From Malacoraja senta (lineage: Eukaryota): a stretch of DNA of 64,000 bases. Below are positions 1 through 11,775 of this stretch, piece after piece (positions within the stretch are counted from its first letter, which is position 1; every line of letters starts with the position of its first letter). The notes under the pieces are model-generated. The model saw only the letters and a list, made by a program, of their open reading frames with translations. It searched no databases and was not told the origin of the DNA. The position numbers and the translations under genes are program-made. The DNA lies in NCBI GenBank assembly GCA_038087875.1, contig JAXLNO010000385.1:1426001-1490000 (forward strand), read 5' to 3'.

Positions 1-545
1 TGCCACTTCAAGGCCAATGCCACCCGTTCAAACACTGTGAAAAACTTGTCTACATCCTTCTCACTAAAGGGGGGAACCAGGCGGATGTTCTTGCTCATCT
101 CAAACTCCCGTTCCCTAGAAGAGCCCCGGGAGGCATCCACTTCCTTCTCCCGCAGCCTCAACTCTGCCCTCTTGGTTTCCTCCACCTGCTCAAGCCGTTT
201 CATTTCAAGAACATGCATGAGCTCCATTTTCCGTGCCTCAAGCTCCATCTCCTTCTCATGGGAGACTCTTTTGGACTCCCGCATTGCAAACTCTAACTCC
301 TTTAGTTTAATTACGGCCTCCATGTTCTGAACTGGCTGACTTGATTCTTGACTCTCTTGACTACCAAGCAGCACCTTTTTTTCAACCAAAGCATCCCATA
401 CCAAACTTTTAATGGACTTTCTGCTTGCTTGATTATCAATAGAGACTCCATATTTGACTGCCAGCAATACCAAGTTTGCCTTAGTACAACTATGAAAAAT
501 CTCAAGGCTAGGCGTCTCAGCAAACTCCTCCACCTTAAATTCCAT
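1..545 (-). CDS. Gag-like ORF (N-terminal part, runs off window) of a Gypsy/Gmr1-type LTR retrotransposon
   Basis: Manual minus-strand translation from ATG at 545 is open for 181 codons to the window edge: MEFKVEEFAETPSLEIFHSCTKANLVLLAVKYGV...LKELEFAMRE...KNIRLVPPFSEKDVDKFFTVFERVALALKW. The coiled-coil followed by IRLVPPF.E.DVD.FF..FERVA..LKW is typical of fish Gypsy gag. It lies just downstream of the PBS and LTR, and is absent from the ORF track because it has no stop in the window. Confidence 0.85.
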   Translation of the reverse strand, partial: MEFKVEEFAETPSLEIFHSCTKANLVLLAVKYGVSIDNQASRKSIKSLVWDALVEKKVLLGSQESQESSQPVQNMEAVIKLKELEFAMRESKRVSHEKEMELEARKMELMHVLEMKRLEQVEETKRAELRLREKEVDASRGSSREREFEMSKNIRLVPPFSEKDVDKFFTVFERVALALKW

Positions 546-703
546 TTCAAATTATTATTATTTTTTTCAAACCACCAGCGAAACTCTGGCTCCAATGCTA
601 TCACATAAAGAGAAAAAATATTTTTCCTTACAACCCAGACTTCCCTAGTTTCCAGAAGCCAGCCAAAAAAAAAAACCACAACCGTCTAGGGTCCTCAAAG
701 CTT

Positions 704-717
704 CGGACGAGCCCCCA
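704..717 (-). promoter_or_regulatory. Primer binding site complementary to tRNA-Pro 3' end
   Basis: The minus strand reads TGGGGGCTCGTCCG, 3 nt after the LTR end (…GTAACA). The plus strand CGGACGAGCCCCCA matches the tRNA-Pro 3' terminus. Confidence 0.85.
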
Positions 718-720
718 TTT

Positions 721-1288
721 TGTTACGACTCACGAATGCTGGTAATTCAGAGTCGCGTAACAAAAAGAAAAAGCCAGGTTTAAGTTTTAAAATGGTTTAT
801 TTATTTAATAACACACCAAAACTCCAACCTGATTTAAACAACCCAGACAAGGATTTGAATGGATTTAACAAACAACTTAAAATTGCTCAGGGCAGCCACG
901 CGATGGACCGTCGAACCTCAGGCTCTAAACCTACCTAAAAGAAATCTATCCCTGAAACAAAAGACCGAAAACTTCTACGGACAGCCCAATCCAATATGGT
1001 ACTACGTTTTGTTGAAATTACTCGAAGATCAGGGCCATATGGCTAGGCCTCCCACTGATCACACCAACATAGGCTCACGAGGCAGGGTCGTCGTCGAAAG
1101 AGAAAGGATTCTGGGAGCTCTGCCATTTATACTCCAGATGAGTCACCCGTCACCTGACGCAGCTCAGCCAATCGGGTACAGGAGCCTCTTAACCCCTTGT
1201 TGTCCCGACTCATCCACAAGGCCTGCCCTCAGGAACGAAACAGGGAAATGTTAATACATAACATTGACCAGGAGGGGGGCGCCTAACA
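721..1288 (-). mobile_element. 5' LTR (~568 bp) of the Gypsy-type retrotransposon
   Basis: Bounded by TGTTA…TAACA inverted termini. On the minus strand it has TATAAA (1126-1131) and AATAAA-rich signal (~796-806). It also has CCAAT (~1169) and AP-1-like TGAGTCA (1139-1145). It is adjacent to the PBS and abuts a CR1 fragment. Confidence 0.8.
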
Positions 1289-1670
1289 ACAACTTATGCA
1301 TAGAGCCAGACCATTCACTGAGTTGGCCCTGCCCATGTTAGACTTCCCAAAATGCAATAGCTCACAATTCTCTGCATTAAATTCCACCAACCATTCCTCA
1401 ACACACTTAGCCAATCGATCAAGATCCTACTGCAATTAATCACAACCATCTCTACGATCTGCAAAACCACCCACATTTGTATCATCTGCAAACTTGCGAA
1501 TCTTGCTCTGTAAGTTCTCATCCAAATCATTGATGTAGATGTTAAACAGTAACGGGCACAGGACTGAATGCTGTATCACAGGTCTCCTGTCCAAGAAGCA
1601 AACGTCCACCATCACCTTCTGCTTCCTTTCATGAAGATTGTTTTTCTATCCAATCAGCTATCTCTCCTTG
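1289..1670 (-). mobile_element. Degenerate CR1 LINE reverse-transcriptase fragment
   Basis: Minus-strand translation gives SKFADDTNVGG…DLDRLAKCVEEWLVEFNAENCELLHFGKSN (CR1 RT C-terminal motifs), with stops. Confidence 0.85.
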
Positions 1671-1724
1671 TAACTATATAAAGCTACAAACAAAAAGTAC
1701 TACGGCAAACTTTAAGGAACATTT

Positions 1725-1826
1725 ATACAGATGCATGGATGGGTCATTTATAGGAATATGGGGATGAGGAATGTTGGCCGGTGTGGACAGGCTGGGCCGA
1801 AGACTCTGTTAGACTCTATGGCTCTA
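1725..1826 (+). mobile_element. CR1-type 3' tail remnant
   Basis: …ATGGATGGG…GGAATATGGG…GTTGGCCGGTGTGGAC…GGGCCGAAG…CTCTATGGCTCTA resembles the other CR1 3' ends in the window, such as 17655-17896. Confidence 0.55.
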
Positions 1827-2764
1827 AAACCTAAGGGTGTGTGTGTGCACACATTCCTCACTTGGCCATGGATCTCTGTGCTGGGATTCTAGAACACATT
1901 CATTTTAAGACAAACCCGGTTAATCGCACTTTTTAACATTATTATTACAGCAGTTTGTCCAATGGTCACTCATGGATAGGTAACCTGCAAACATGTCCAA
2001 TCTTCTACAGTGGGTCAGCACAAGGCAAATGTTGTCAGTGTTGCCACTGGTGAAATATATCTGGGTAGTGTGCGACGGAACTGGGAACTGGTTGTTATGT
2101 GAGATGTCCTGGGAATGGATGATTCAAAGAAATTACCTGTGTGTGACGTAAGTGTAGACAGTGATGGGTCTGGATAAGCAGTGATATTAATAGTGTGGTC
2201 AGTGATGGGTCTGGATGAGCAGTGACATTATCTCATTGAATCTGACTGCTATGTTTTACATTTGATATGATGTAAAATAAAGAATCCCTTCATTTTAGTT
2301 CAAATGTTTGACTATAAATGGTTGACTGAAGTTCAGTATCCATAACTAATCTCATCTGTAATGAGCACTAACTCCATCTTGCTGCTCTATCCACGCTGGT
2401 AAACACGACAGGTGAAGAAGCATTAACTTGTTATTTTCATCTTAATTAACAATGGTTTGAAATACTAATTGCCTCTCTCCGGGATACAATTGAAAGAAAA
2501 ACGCAAAATGCTGAAAAAAATAAAATGCAGCTTCAGCTCTGAGAATGAGTGAGTTGAGAAACTGTTCCCTTCACCCAGTGTGGCAAATTAGATCCAGCCG
2601 GTGAACACAAGGCAAGGGTGTGTTCAATCTGCAGTTTAATTTGTTGTGAACTACTTCAGACCAGACGACAGATAGATGTGAATTCAAACCCACGAATCAG
2701 ACAGCAAGGTCGGTCTGAGTGGAAATGACCAACTCACTCGCCTGGGCTGTCCACAGGGGTTCCG

Positions 2765-3120
2765 AAACATATAAATATAGAAAAGAGTTGCAGGAGTAGG
2801 CCTGGAACTCTGCAGGTGAGGCAGCATCTATGGAGAGAAGGAATAGGCTATGTTTGGGGTCGACACCCTTCTTCAGACTCTAACTCTTACTTGAAAACAT
2901 CCAATGAATTGGCCTCCACTACCTTCTGTGGCAGAGAATTCCACAGATTCACAACACTCTGGGTGAAAAATATTCTCCTCACCTCAGTCTTAAATGGCCG
3001 AACCCTTATTGTTAAACTGCAACCCCTGTTTCTGGACTCCCCCAACATCGGGAACAGTTTTCGCCTGTCCAATCGCTTAAGAACTGAATGTTTCTATATG
3101 ATGCCCTCTCATACTTCAAA
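2765..3120 (-). mobile_element. CR1 LINE 3' fragment with an embedded Penelope-type terminal repeat piece (~2805-2880)
   Basis: ORF 2887..3072 reads LFPMLGESRNRG…FFTQSVVNLWNSLPQKVVEANSLDVFK (CR1 ORF2 C-terminus). GGCAGCATCTATGGAGAGAAGGAATAGG…CCCTTCTTCAGACT is similar to 18045-18165. Confidence 0.8.
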
Positions 3121-3589
3121 GTGAATTTAGAGAGAGCTCTTACACACTCAGTCTGTATTTCTGTGCCTATTTATCAATTAATTCAAGAGAGCATGTATCC
3201 GTTCCTGCTATGTATACCTGGTACACGTGGAAACTGATTGACACTTCAATAATCAGTGACATATTAAAATGAGCATCGTATATGACAGACAGTTATATCA
3301 TTTTGTTGTTTATTCTGCAGCTTTGAGAAAATTGGACATCTATTGATATTTAATTCCTTGGATTTCCAGGCTAGAGTTTAGTTTGAGGACAGTGAAGCAC
3401 CTGTTGGACACATGCGAGGTAGATGAACAATGCGCCTCCGTTGTTAGTGGCAGCACCACCCAATACAGTATCACCATTGTTGTGCAGTCAGTGATGTGTC
3501 TGCAATGTGGCTACAACTGGGGAGGTCGATGACAGACAAAGCACACTAGAGGTTACAGAACCGGCGATTCCAGTGGTGTGTGAAATGGA

Positions 3590-4220
3590 CATGGAAACAG
3601 CATGGTAACAGGCCGTTCGGCCCGACTCGTCCATGCAGACCAAAATGCCTATCTAGGGTGATCACATTCACTTGTATTTGACCCATTTCCTTCCAATCCT
3701 ATCGGAGACAAACGGCTGTCAAAATGCTGTTTATTTGCGGTGATGGTATCTGCCCCACCTCCTCATGGAAGGATTGCTCCATTTTTGGTGCCCATCAGAA
3801 TTCCCTTCAATCTTTCCCCTTTCTATTAAACGTGTTCTCTGGGTTTAGATTCTCCCAGCCTGAGAAATATCCGTGACCATCCACTCAACCCTACTGTAGT
3901 TGACATAATTTTACAAGCCTCAGTAAGGTCGCCCCTCTGCATTATTGCTCCAATGAGACCAATCCCACCCGATCCAATCTGTCCTCTATCAAGATTATGT
4001 TTATGCTTAATCTGTATCTAGCTATGTATCTTGATGCTTTATTTGTATAAATGTACAGCAAATCAAATGTCACTGTACCTCAGTACACGTGACAATAAAG
4101 GACCATTGAACCAATGAACTAACGCTGTCCATTCCCGAAAACATCCTGGTGAATCCGTTCCGCACTCTGCCTCTGGCAATAAGAAATCATTTCTATGATA
4201 TGGTGATCAGAACTACACAA
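3590..4220 (-). mobile_element. Old CR1 3' fragment interrupted by a short Rex1/Babar-type 3' end (~3990-4120, + strand)
   Basis: Reverse CR1 tail ACAGGCCGTTCGGCCC…TCCATGC.GACC and degenerate ORF2 sequence. The insert ends in a stem-loop (GTCACTGTAC…GTACACGTGAC), AATAAA and (TGAACCA) repeats. Confidence 0.55.
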
Positions 4221-4391
4221 AAGGGCCTGGCAGATATTTGAAGTGCAACTGAGGAGAGCGAGGGCTGCACTTGGAGGAGCAGTGAAGTCTTGATTGTTCT
4301 ATATTTGGACGTTCAGCTGTGGTGCAAGTGTGTTCAGAATCAGTCGCAGATGGGAAGTGACACAATCCGTGAGTCCAGAGGTGTCAGTACC

Positions 4392-5236
4392 GAGTGCGGC
4401 GGCGCAGATTACTGCAGCGGCCCCTACAGCCTGTCTGCCTTTTTTTTAATTTTTGTCCAGTTAAATATAGTTGTTTGTGTTTTTTTGTACTGTTTTTAAC
4501 TGTTTATATATTGGGGGCGGGGGGGGTGATGGGGAAACTTTTAAAATCTCTTCCCTGCACGGGAGACCCGACTTTTCCCTGTCGGGTCTCCGTTGTCGTT
4601 GGGTCCTCGCTCCGTGGAGCGCCCTCCGACCGGGACGACCTGGGGGCTCCTGTCGCGGAGCCTGCGGAGCTGCAGACTCACCATCGTGGGGCTGGTCGGC
4701 TCGTTGCTGCGGCCCGACACCTGAGCTCCAGCTGCAGCTGCAGACCTGTGGACAGTGATATCGGGAGCTCGCGGTCCGGGTGAGAGACCGCTTTCCGGAG
4801 CTCCTGCAACGCAATTTCTCCAGCCCGAGTCGCGGGGTTGGAACGACCCGGAGCGGGGCCGTACATCGCCTGGTGCGGCTTTAATGGCCGCGGGAGATTC
4901 CAGCGCCCACCGAGGAGGCTCCAACTTTGTGACTTCTGGGCCCGTTGCGGGGCCGTACATCGCCCGGCGCGGCTAAAATGGCCGGTGAGACTTAACATTG
5001 CCCGCCTGGGGCTTCAACATCGGGAGAAAATGGTGCAGGGGAGAGAAAAGTCCTTGCCTTCCATCACAGTGAGGAGGAGATTCACTGTGATGGATGTTTT
5101 TCTGTAAATTGAATTGTTTGTGTGTCGTGTAGGAATTGTTTTGTTTGTATGGCTGTGGAAACGGAATTTTCGTTTGAGCCTCTCTGAGGTTCAAATGACA
5201 AGTAAAAAAATCTAATCTAATCTAATCTAATCTAAT
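4392..5236 (+). mobile_element. Non-autonomous retroposon (SINE-like, GC-rich body) with LINE-like 3' stem-loop and (AATCT)n tail
   Basis: Layout is a GC-rich head, T-rich tract, G-run and CpG-rich core with the internal duplication GCGGGGCCGTACATCGCC. The 3' end has a GAGCCTC-tct-GAGGTTC hairpin, then AAATGACAAGTAAA and 5 copies of AATCT. The 5' boundary is approximate. Confidence 0.6.
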
Positions 5237-5273
5237 GAGCTGGAACCTAAGCAAAAGTTGAAATAACTAAAGA

Positions 5274-5473
5274 NNNNNNNNNNNNNNNNNNNNNNNNNNN
5301 NNNNNNNNNNNNNNNNNNNNNNNNNNNNNNNNNNNNNNNNNNNNNNNNNNNNNNNNNNNNNNNNNNNNNNNNNNNNNNNNNNNNNNNNNNNNNNNNNNNN
5401 NNNNNNNNNNNNNNNNNNNNNNNNNNNNNNNNNNNNNNNNNNNNNNNNNNNNNNNNNNNNNNNNNNNNNNNNN
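5274..5473. other. Assembly gap (200 N)
   Basis: Run of exactly 200 N. Confidence 1.
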
Positions 5474-5529
5474 TGACCCTCATTCTCCCTCTATCCAACT
5501 ACCCCTCCTTTCCCCATTTCTGTGCGGTG

Positions 5530-6489
<960 letters not shown>

Positions 6490-6544
6490 GTGTGTGGGGG
6501 ATAGTGTTAGTTTGAACGGGTGATCGCTTTATCTCTGATCTAAA

Positions 6545-7013
6545 CTAGTTTACAGATACAGCGCGGAAACAGGCCCTTTGGGCTTGGCCCACTGTGTCCG
6601 CGCCGACCAGCAATCGCCCGTTCACACACTCGTTTAGTTTAGAGACACAGTGGAAACAGGCCCTTCGGCCCAACGAGTCCGCGCCGACCAGTGATCGCCC
6701 GTTCACACACTAGTTTAGTTTAGAGATACAGAGTGGACACAGGCTCTTCGGCCACCGAGTCCGTGACGACCAGCGATTGCCTGCATATTAACACAAGCCT
6801 ACACAAACTAAGGACAATTTGCACTTGACCAAGTTTCGAAACCTAAGCCATTTAACCTACAAACATGCACGTCTTTGGAGTGTGGGAGGAAACCGAAGAT
6901 TTCAGAGGAAACCTACGCAGGTCACGGGGAGAAAGTCTAAACTCCATACAGACAGCACCCGTAATCAGGATGGAACCCGGGTGTCTGGCGCTGTGAGGCA
7001 GCAACTCTACCGC
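6545..7013 (-). mobile_element. tRNA-derived SINE (HE1/V-SINE-like) with triplicated CR1-derived 3' tail
   Basis: Minus-strand tRNA-like head (…GCGGTAGAGTTGCTGCCTCACAGCGCCAGACACCCGGGTTCCATCCTG). The central TGTGGGAGGAAACCG…GAAACCTACGC domain is present. There are three ~80-bp copies of GTTTAG..TAGAGATACAG..GGAAACAGGCCCTTCGGCCC…CCGACCAG at ~6547, ~6632 and ~6713. Confidence 0.8.
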
Positions 7014-8398
7014 TACAAGTTGGGAAAAGGGGAAGTACAACGGGTTCTGGGGGTTCTTGTACATCAGTCTATGAAAGTAAGCATGTAGGTACAGCAGGCA
7101 GAGAAGAAAGCGAATGGCATGTTGAATTGAATTCGACTTTATTAATCCCCTTATTCAGTGGAAATTCAGATGTCCTTGCAGCACACCAATAAAATACAAC
7201 ATAGTATTAAAAAGAAGTTCAAAACACAAAAGTCCAGTCCCCACATGGGCACAAAGTCCAGTCCCCATCCTCATGTCCACCCAGAGTCGGGCCCACTGAG
7301 GCCTCCACAGTCGCCGCCACGGCGCCCGATGTTCTCGCCGGGTGATGGTGCACTGGCGTCGGGAGAACCCCCAGCGGCTTGGGGTACCAGGAACGACCAC
7401 CTTCCCACCGAAGACCGCGGCTTCCAAGCCAACAGACCGCGCCGGACGGAGCTCCACACACTGGCAATCTCAGCAAGAGTCAACAATCTCATCAATCTCA
7501 GCCAGGTCCCCTCAGGGAAACGTCGTTCCAGGACCCACTGGTAGGCCGCAAGGACAGGTCGAAGCCGCTGCTCGGAGGAAGGCAACCCCTCCGACCAGAT
7601 AGGGACGCGAAAAGCATTTTCCCCCTTCCCTCCCACCACCCCCCTCACATAAAAAGATTAGGCCCCCTGACTACATAATCAACGTACTAAAAATAATTAA
7701 AAAAAGAAGGGAAAAAACGGACAGCTGCAGGACAAGCAGCCGTTCTGGACATCGCCTCCTCCGTTGGCTTTTATAACACCAGGATTCGAATATAGGAGCA
7801 AAGAGGCCCTTCTGCAGTTGTACAGAGCCCTAGTGAGACCACACCTGGAGTATTGTGTGGAATTTTGGTCCCCTAATTTGAGGAAGGATATTCTTGCTAA
7901 TGAGGGAGTGCAGCGTAGGTTTACAAGGTTAATTCCCGGGATGGCGGGGCTGTCATATGCTGAGAGAATGGAGCGGCTGGGCTTGGACACTCTAGAGTTT
8001 AGAAGGATGAGAGGCGATCTCATTGAAACATATAAGATTGTTAAGGGTTTGGACACGCTAGAGGCAGGAAACATGTTCCCGATGTTGGGCGAGTCCGGAA
8101 CCAGGGGCCGCAGTTTAAGACTAAGGAGAAAGCCATTTAGAACGGAGACGAGGAAACACTTTTTCTCACAGAGAGTGGTGAGTCTGTGGAATTCTCTGCC
8201 TCAGAGAGCGGTGGAGGCCGGTTCTCTGGATGCTTTCAAGAGAGAGCTAGATAGGGCTCTTAAAGATAGCGGAGTCAGGGGATATGGGGATAATGCAGGA
8301 ATGGGGTATTGATTGGGGATGATCAGCCATGATCACATTGAATGGCGGTGCTGGCTCGAAGGGCCAAATGGCCTATTCCTGCACCTATTGTCTATTGA
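7014..8398 (+). mobile_element. CR1 (HER1-like) LINE 3' portion, interrupted at 7125-7762
   Basis: ORF 7764..8312 reads LYRALVRPHLEYCVEFWSP…LEGVQRRF-like…RMRGDLIETYKI…FFSQRVVSLWNSLP. The 3' UTR GGCTCGAAGGGCC..ATGGCCTA.TCCTGCACCTATTGTCTATTG follows. Upstream 7014-7124 continues the same frame (YKLGKGEVQRVLGVLVHQSMK). Confidence 0.92.
7125..7762 (-). mobile_element. Non-autonomous retroposon with Rex1-like 3' end, inserted in CR1 with GTTG target-site duplication
   Basis: GTTG occurs at 7121-7124 and 7763-7766, and removing the insert restores the CR1 sequence AATGGCATGTTGGC. The minus-strand 3' end is GAATTTCC…GGGATTAATAAAGTC plus (AATTC)n. The layout parallels 4392-5236. Confidence 0.75.
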
Positions 8399-8454
8399 TT
8401 TGGTCTCCAAATTTGAGGAATTTCATTCTCGTCTCTGGCCATAGAAAACACACA

Positions 8455-8910
8455 AGGAAGACTACAATTCCCAGAGGGGCATTGCGCGGTGAGAGATTAC
8501 TCCTACCGGCGGCGGCGGCAGCGGCCAATCGGAGCGGGCGGTGACGTGGCGGCAACCAATGGGCGGAGGTCGACGTGATGAAGTCACGACGCAGGGCCGC
8601 AGGAACCAAGATGGCGGCGGCACCGTGTGGCCGCGACCTGAGCGACCCCGCCATTGTTCCTCCGCTCGTCCCCAAATACGGGCAGGTCCCGCCCCCGCCA
8701 CCTGATTGGAGACAACGTACGTCAATCAACCGAGCCCAAGCCCCGCCCCCGCGCTCCGTGATTTGATCAGAGTGACGTCAGTCCCGCCTGGTTCGCCCCT
8801 GGTTGGGTGACGAGGCCGTCCATCAGCGGCCCCGCGCAGCCTGATTGGAGGGGACAGACGTCAGTCAACCCGCCGTCCACGTCCCGCCTCCTCCTCCCTT
8901 CCCCCATTGG
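8455..8910. promoter_or_regulatory. CpG-island, housekeeping-type promoter
   Basis: CpG-dense. Motifs are ZNF143/SBS ACTACAATTCCCAG (8461-8474), CCAAT boxes (~8525, ~8556, ~8705, ~8844, 8904), YY1 CAAGATGGCGGC (~8607-8618), GC boxes CCCCGCCCC (~8741), and a full CRE TGACGTCA (8773-8780). Confidence 0.75.
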
Positions 8911-8913
8911 ATG

Positions 8914-9320
8914 AAACATAGAAACATAGAAACTAGGTACAGGAGTAGGCCATTCGGGCCTTCGAGCCTGCACCGCCATTCAATATGATCATGACTGATC
9001 ATCCAACTCAGTATCCTGTACCTGCCTTCTCTCCATACCCCCTGATCCCCTTAGCCACAAGGGCCACATCTAACTCCCTCTTAAATAAAGCCAATGAACT
9101 GGCCTCAACGACCTTCTGTGGCAGAGAATTCCACAGATTCACCACTCTCTGTGTGAAAAATAATTGTTCTTATCTCGGTCCTAAAAGATTTCCCCCTTAT
9201 CCTTAAACTGTGACCCCTTGTTCTGGACTTCCCTAACTTCGGGAACAATCTTCCTGCTTCTAGCCTGTCCAACCCCTTAATAATTTTGTAAGTTTCTACC
9301 CCTCAATCTTCTAAATTCTG
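8914..9320 (-). mobile_element. CR1 LINE 3' end
   Basis: (AAACATAG)n tail and ACAGGAGTAGGCCATTCGGGCCTTCGAGCC, followed by the reverse complement of the CR1 ORF2 C-terminus (…VVNLWNSLPQKVVEASSL…). Confidence 0.9.
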
Positions 9321-9344
9321 AAGAACAATGAGGAGCGACAGTGC

Positions 9345-10660
9345 CTCACCCCCCCTCTACCACCCCCTCAAACCCCACTCTATCCCTCCCTCTACCGCCC
9401 CTCCACCCTCAACCCCCATCTACCCCCCTCAACCCCCTCGACCTCCCCCTCAACCCTCTCTGAACTCTCTCTGCCACCCTCTCTCTCCCTCTCTCTCTGC
9501 CCCTCTCTCTATACCCCCTCTCTCTCCTCTCTCCCCCTCTCTCTCTCCCCCTCTCTCCCTCTCTCTCCCCATTCTCCTCTCTCTTTCTCCCACCTCTCTC
9601 TCTCCCCTTCTCTCTCCCCTTCTCTCTCTCCTCTCTCTTTCTAATCCCCCTCACTCTCTCTCTCCTCTCTCTCCCCCCCTCTCTCCCCCTCTCTCACCCC
9701 TATCTCTCTCTCCATCTCTCTCCCCTCTCTCTATGCCTCTCACTCTCTCTCCCTCCCTCTCCCGTAACTCTCTCTCTCTCTATCTCCCTCTCTCCCTCTC
9801 TCTCCCCCCTCTCACTCTCTCTCTCCCCTCTCTCACTCCCCTTCTCTCTCTCCCACTCTCTCTCCCCTCTCTCTCTCTCCCCTATCTCTCCCTCTCCCCA
9901 TCTCTCTCCCTCTCTCTCCCGGTCCTCTCTAACCGCCTCTCTCTCCCACTCTCTCTTTGTCTCCCTCTCCCCCCTCTCTCTCCCCGCCTCTCTCTCTCTC
10001 GTTCTCTCTCTCCCTCCCTCTCTCGTTCTCTCTCTCTCTGTCTCTCTCTTTCTCTCTCCGCCTCTCTCTCTCCCCCCTCTCTTCCCCCCCTCTCCCTCTC
10101 CCCGTCTCTCTCTCTCTCCCCGTCTCTCTCTCTTTCTCCTCATCTGTCTCTCCCCGTCTCTCTTTCTCTCCCCCTCTCTCCCCGTCTCTCACTCCCCTCT
10201 CCCTTTTTACCCCTCTCTCTGTCTCCCCCTCTCTCCCTCTCGCTCTCTCCCTCTCTCTCTCCCCCTCTCTATCTTCCCCTCTCTCTCGCTCTCTCTCTCC
10301 CCCTCTCTCTCTCCCCCTCTCTCTCCCTCTCTCTCTCCTCCTCTCTCCACCCATCTCTCTCCCTCTCTCTCTCTCTTTCCCGCTCTCTCTCTCCCCCTCT
10401 CTCTTTCTCCCCGTCTCTCTCTCGCTCCCCCTATCTCTCCCTCTCCCACTCTCCCTCTCCCCCTCCCTCCTCTCACTCTCTTCCATCCCTCTTTCACGCT
10501 CAAAACGAGATATCGAGAACGACAGAGAGAGAAAGAGAGAAACCCGGGGAGAGAGAGGTGGGAGGAGAGGGAGGGAGGGAGAGAGAGAGAGTGGTGGAAG
10601 GAGTGCGAGAGAGGGGGAGAAAGAGAGATGGAGAGAGAGCGAGAGAGATAGGTGGGAGGA

Positions 10661-10712
<52 letters not shown>

Positions 10713-10990
10713 AGGAGTGAGAGAGAAAGGGTGGGTGGGGGCAGAGCAGGAGGGATGGGTGGGATCCCATGTTTAGGGGACAGACTCCCCTCTCCCGCTC
10801 CCCTTCTCCACTCTCGGTAAGTTCCCCCTCCTCGATCGACCGCCCTCGTTGGTTCCCCCTCCCCTCCCGAATCTTCCCCTCTCCCCAGAGAAGAGAGGGA
10901 GACTCTCTCTCTCTGTCTCTCTCTCTGTCTCTCTCTGCCTCTCTCTCTCTGTCTCTCTCTGTCTCTCTCTCTGTCTCTCTCTCTATCAGC
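9345..10990. repeat. Long CT-rich / GA-rich low-complexity region
   Basis: Pyrimidine tract 9345-10490, purine tract 10520-10740, CT tract 10900-10985. Confidence 0.95.
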
Positions 10991-11066
10991 TCGGAGCGCA
11001 ATAAATAAATTGAATCTAAAAACGATTGAAAGAAGAGAGAGAACGAAACGCAAAAAGTAAAAGAGA

Positions 11067-11706
11067 TGCAGACCATCAGGCCCTGGGATTTATCAGCCTT
11101 CAGTCCCATCAGTCTATCCAACATCATTTCCTGTCTAATGTAGATTTCCTTCAGTTCCTCCGTCACCCCAGATCCTCTGGCCACTACAATATCAGGAAGA
11201 TTGTTTGTGATTTCCTTAGTGAAGACAGATCCAAAGTACGTGTTCAACTCATCTGCCATTTCCTTGTTCCCCATAATAATTTCACCTTTTTCGGTCTTCA
11301 AGGGTCCAACTTTGGTCTTAACTAATGTTTTTCCTCTTCACATACCTAAATAAGCTTTTACTATCCTGCTTTATATCCTTGGCTAACTAGCCTTCGTACC
11401 TCATCTTTTCTCCCCGTATTGTATTTTTGGTTATCTTCTGTTGTTCTTTAAACATTATCCAATTCTCTTGCTTCCCGCTCATCTTTGCTATGTTATCCTT
11501 CTTCTCTTTTATTTTGTACTCTCCCTGACTGCCCTTGTCAGCCACGGTCGCCTCTTACTCCCCTTGGAATCTTTCTTCCTCTTTGGAATGAACTGATCCC
11601 GCACCTTTTGTATTATTCCCCGGTATACCTGCCATTGTTGTTCCACTGTCATCCCTGCTAGGGATCTTTCCAGTCAACTTTGGCCAGCTCCTCCCTCCCT
11701 CATGGC
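11067..11706 (-). mobile_element. CR1 ORF2 internal fragment (linker region upstream of RT)
   Basis: ORF 10207..11301 starts KTEKGEIIMGNKEMADELNTYFGSVFTKE…LMGLKADKSQG, typical of the CR1 linker. Confidence 0.85.
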
Positions 11707-11775
11707 TCCGGTGGTGGATGTCGGGAGCCGGAGCCTGGAGCGCAGAGACTGCGGACGCTTCTGGGATGGATGCGC

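Noticed and set aside
311..679. 122-aa minus-strand ORF as gag
   Set aside because: Wrong frame. The gag-like frame starts at ATG 545 and stays open to the window edge.
2160..2230. Short direct duplication CAGTGATGGGTCTGGAT.AGCAGTGA.ATTA
   Set aside because: Two-copy local duplication with no further structure.
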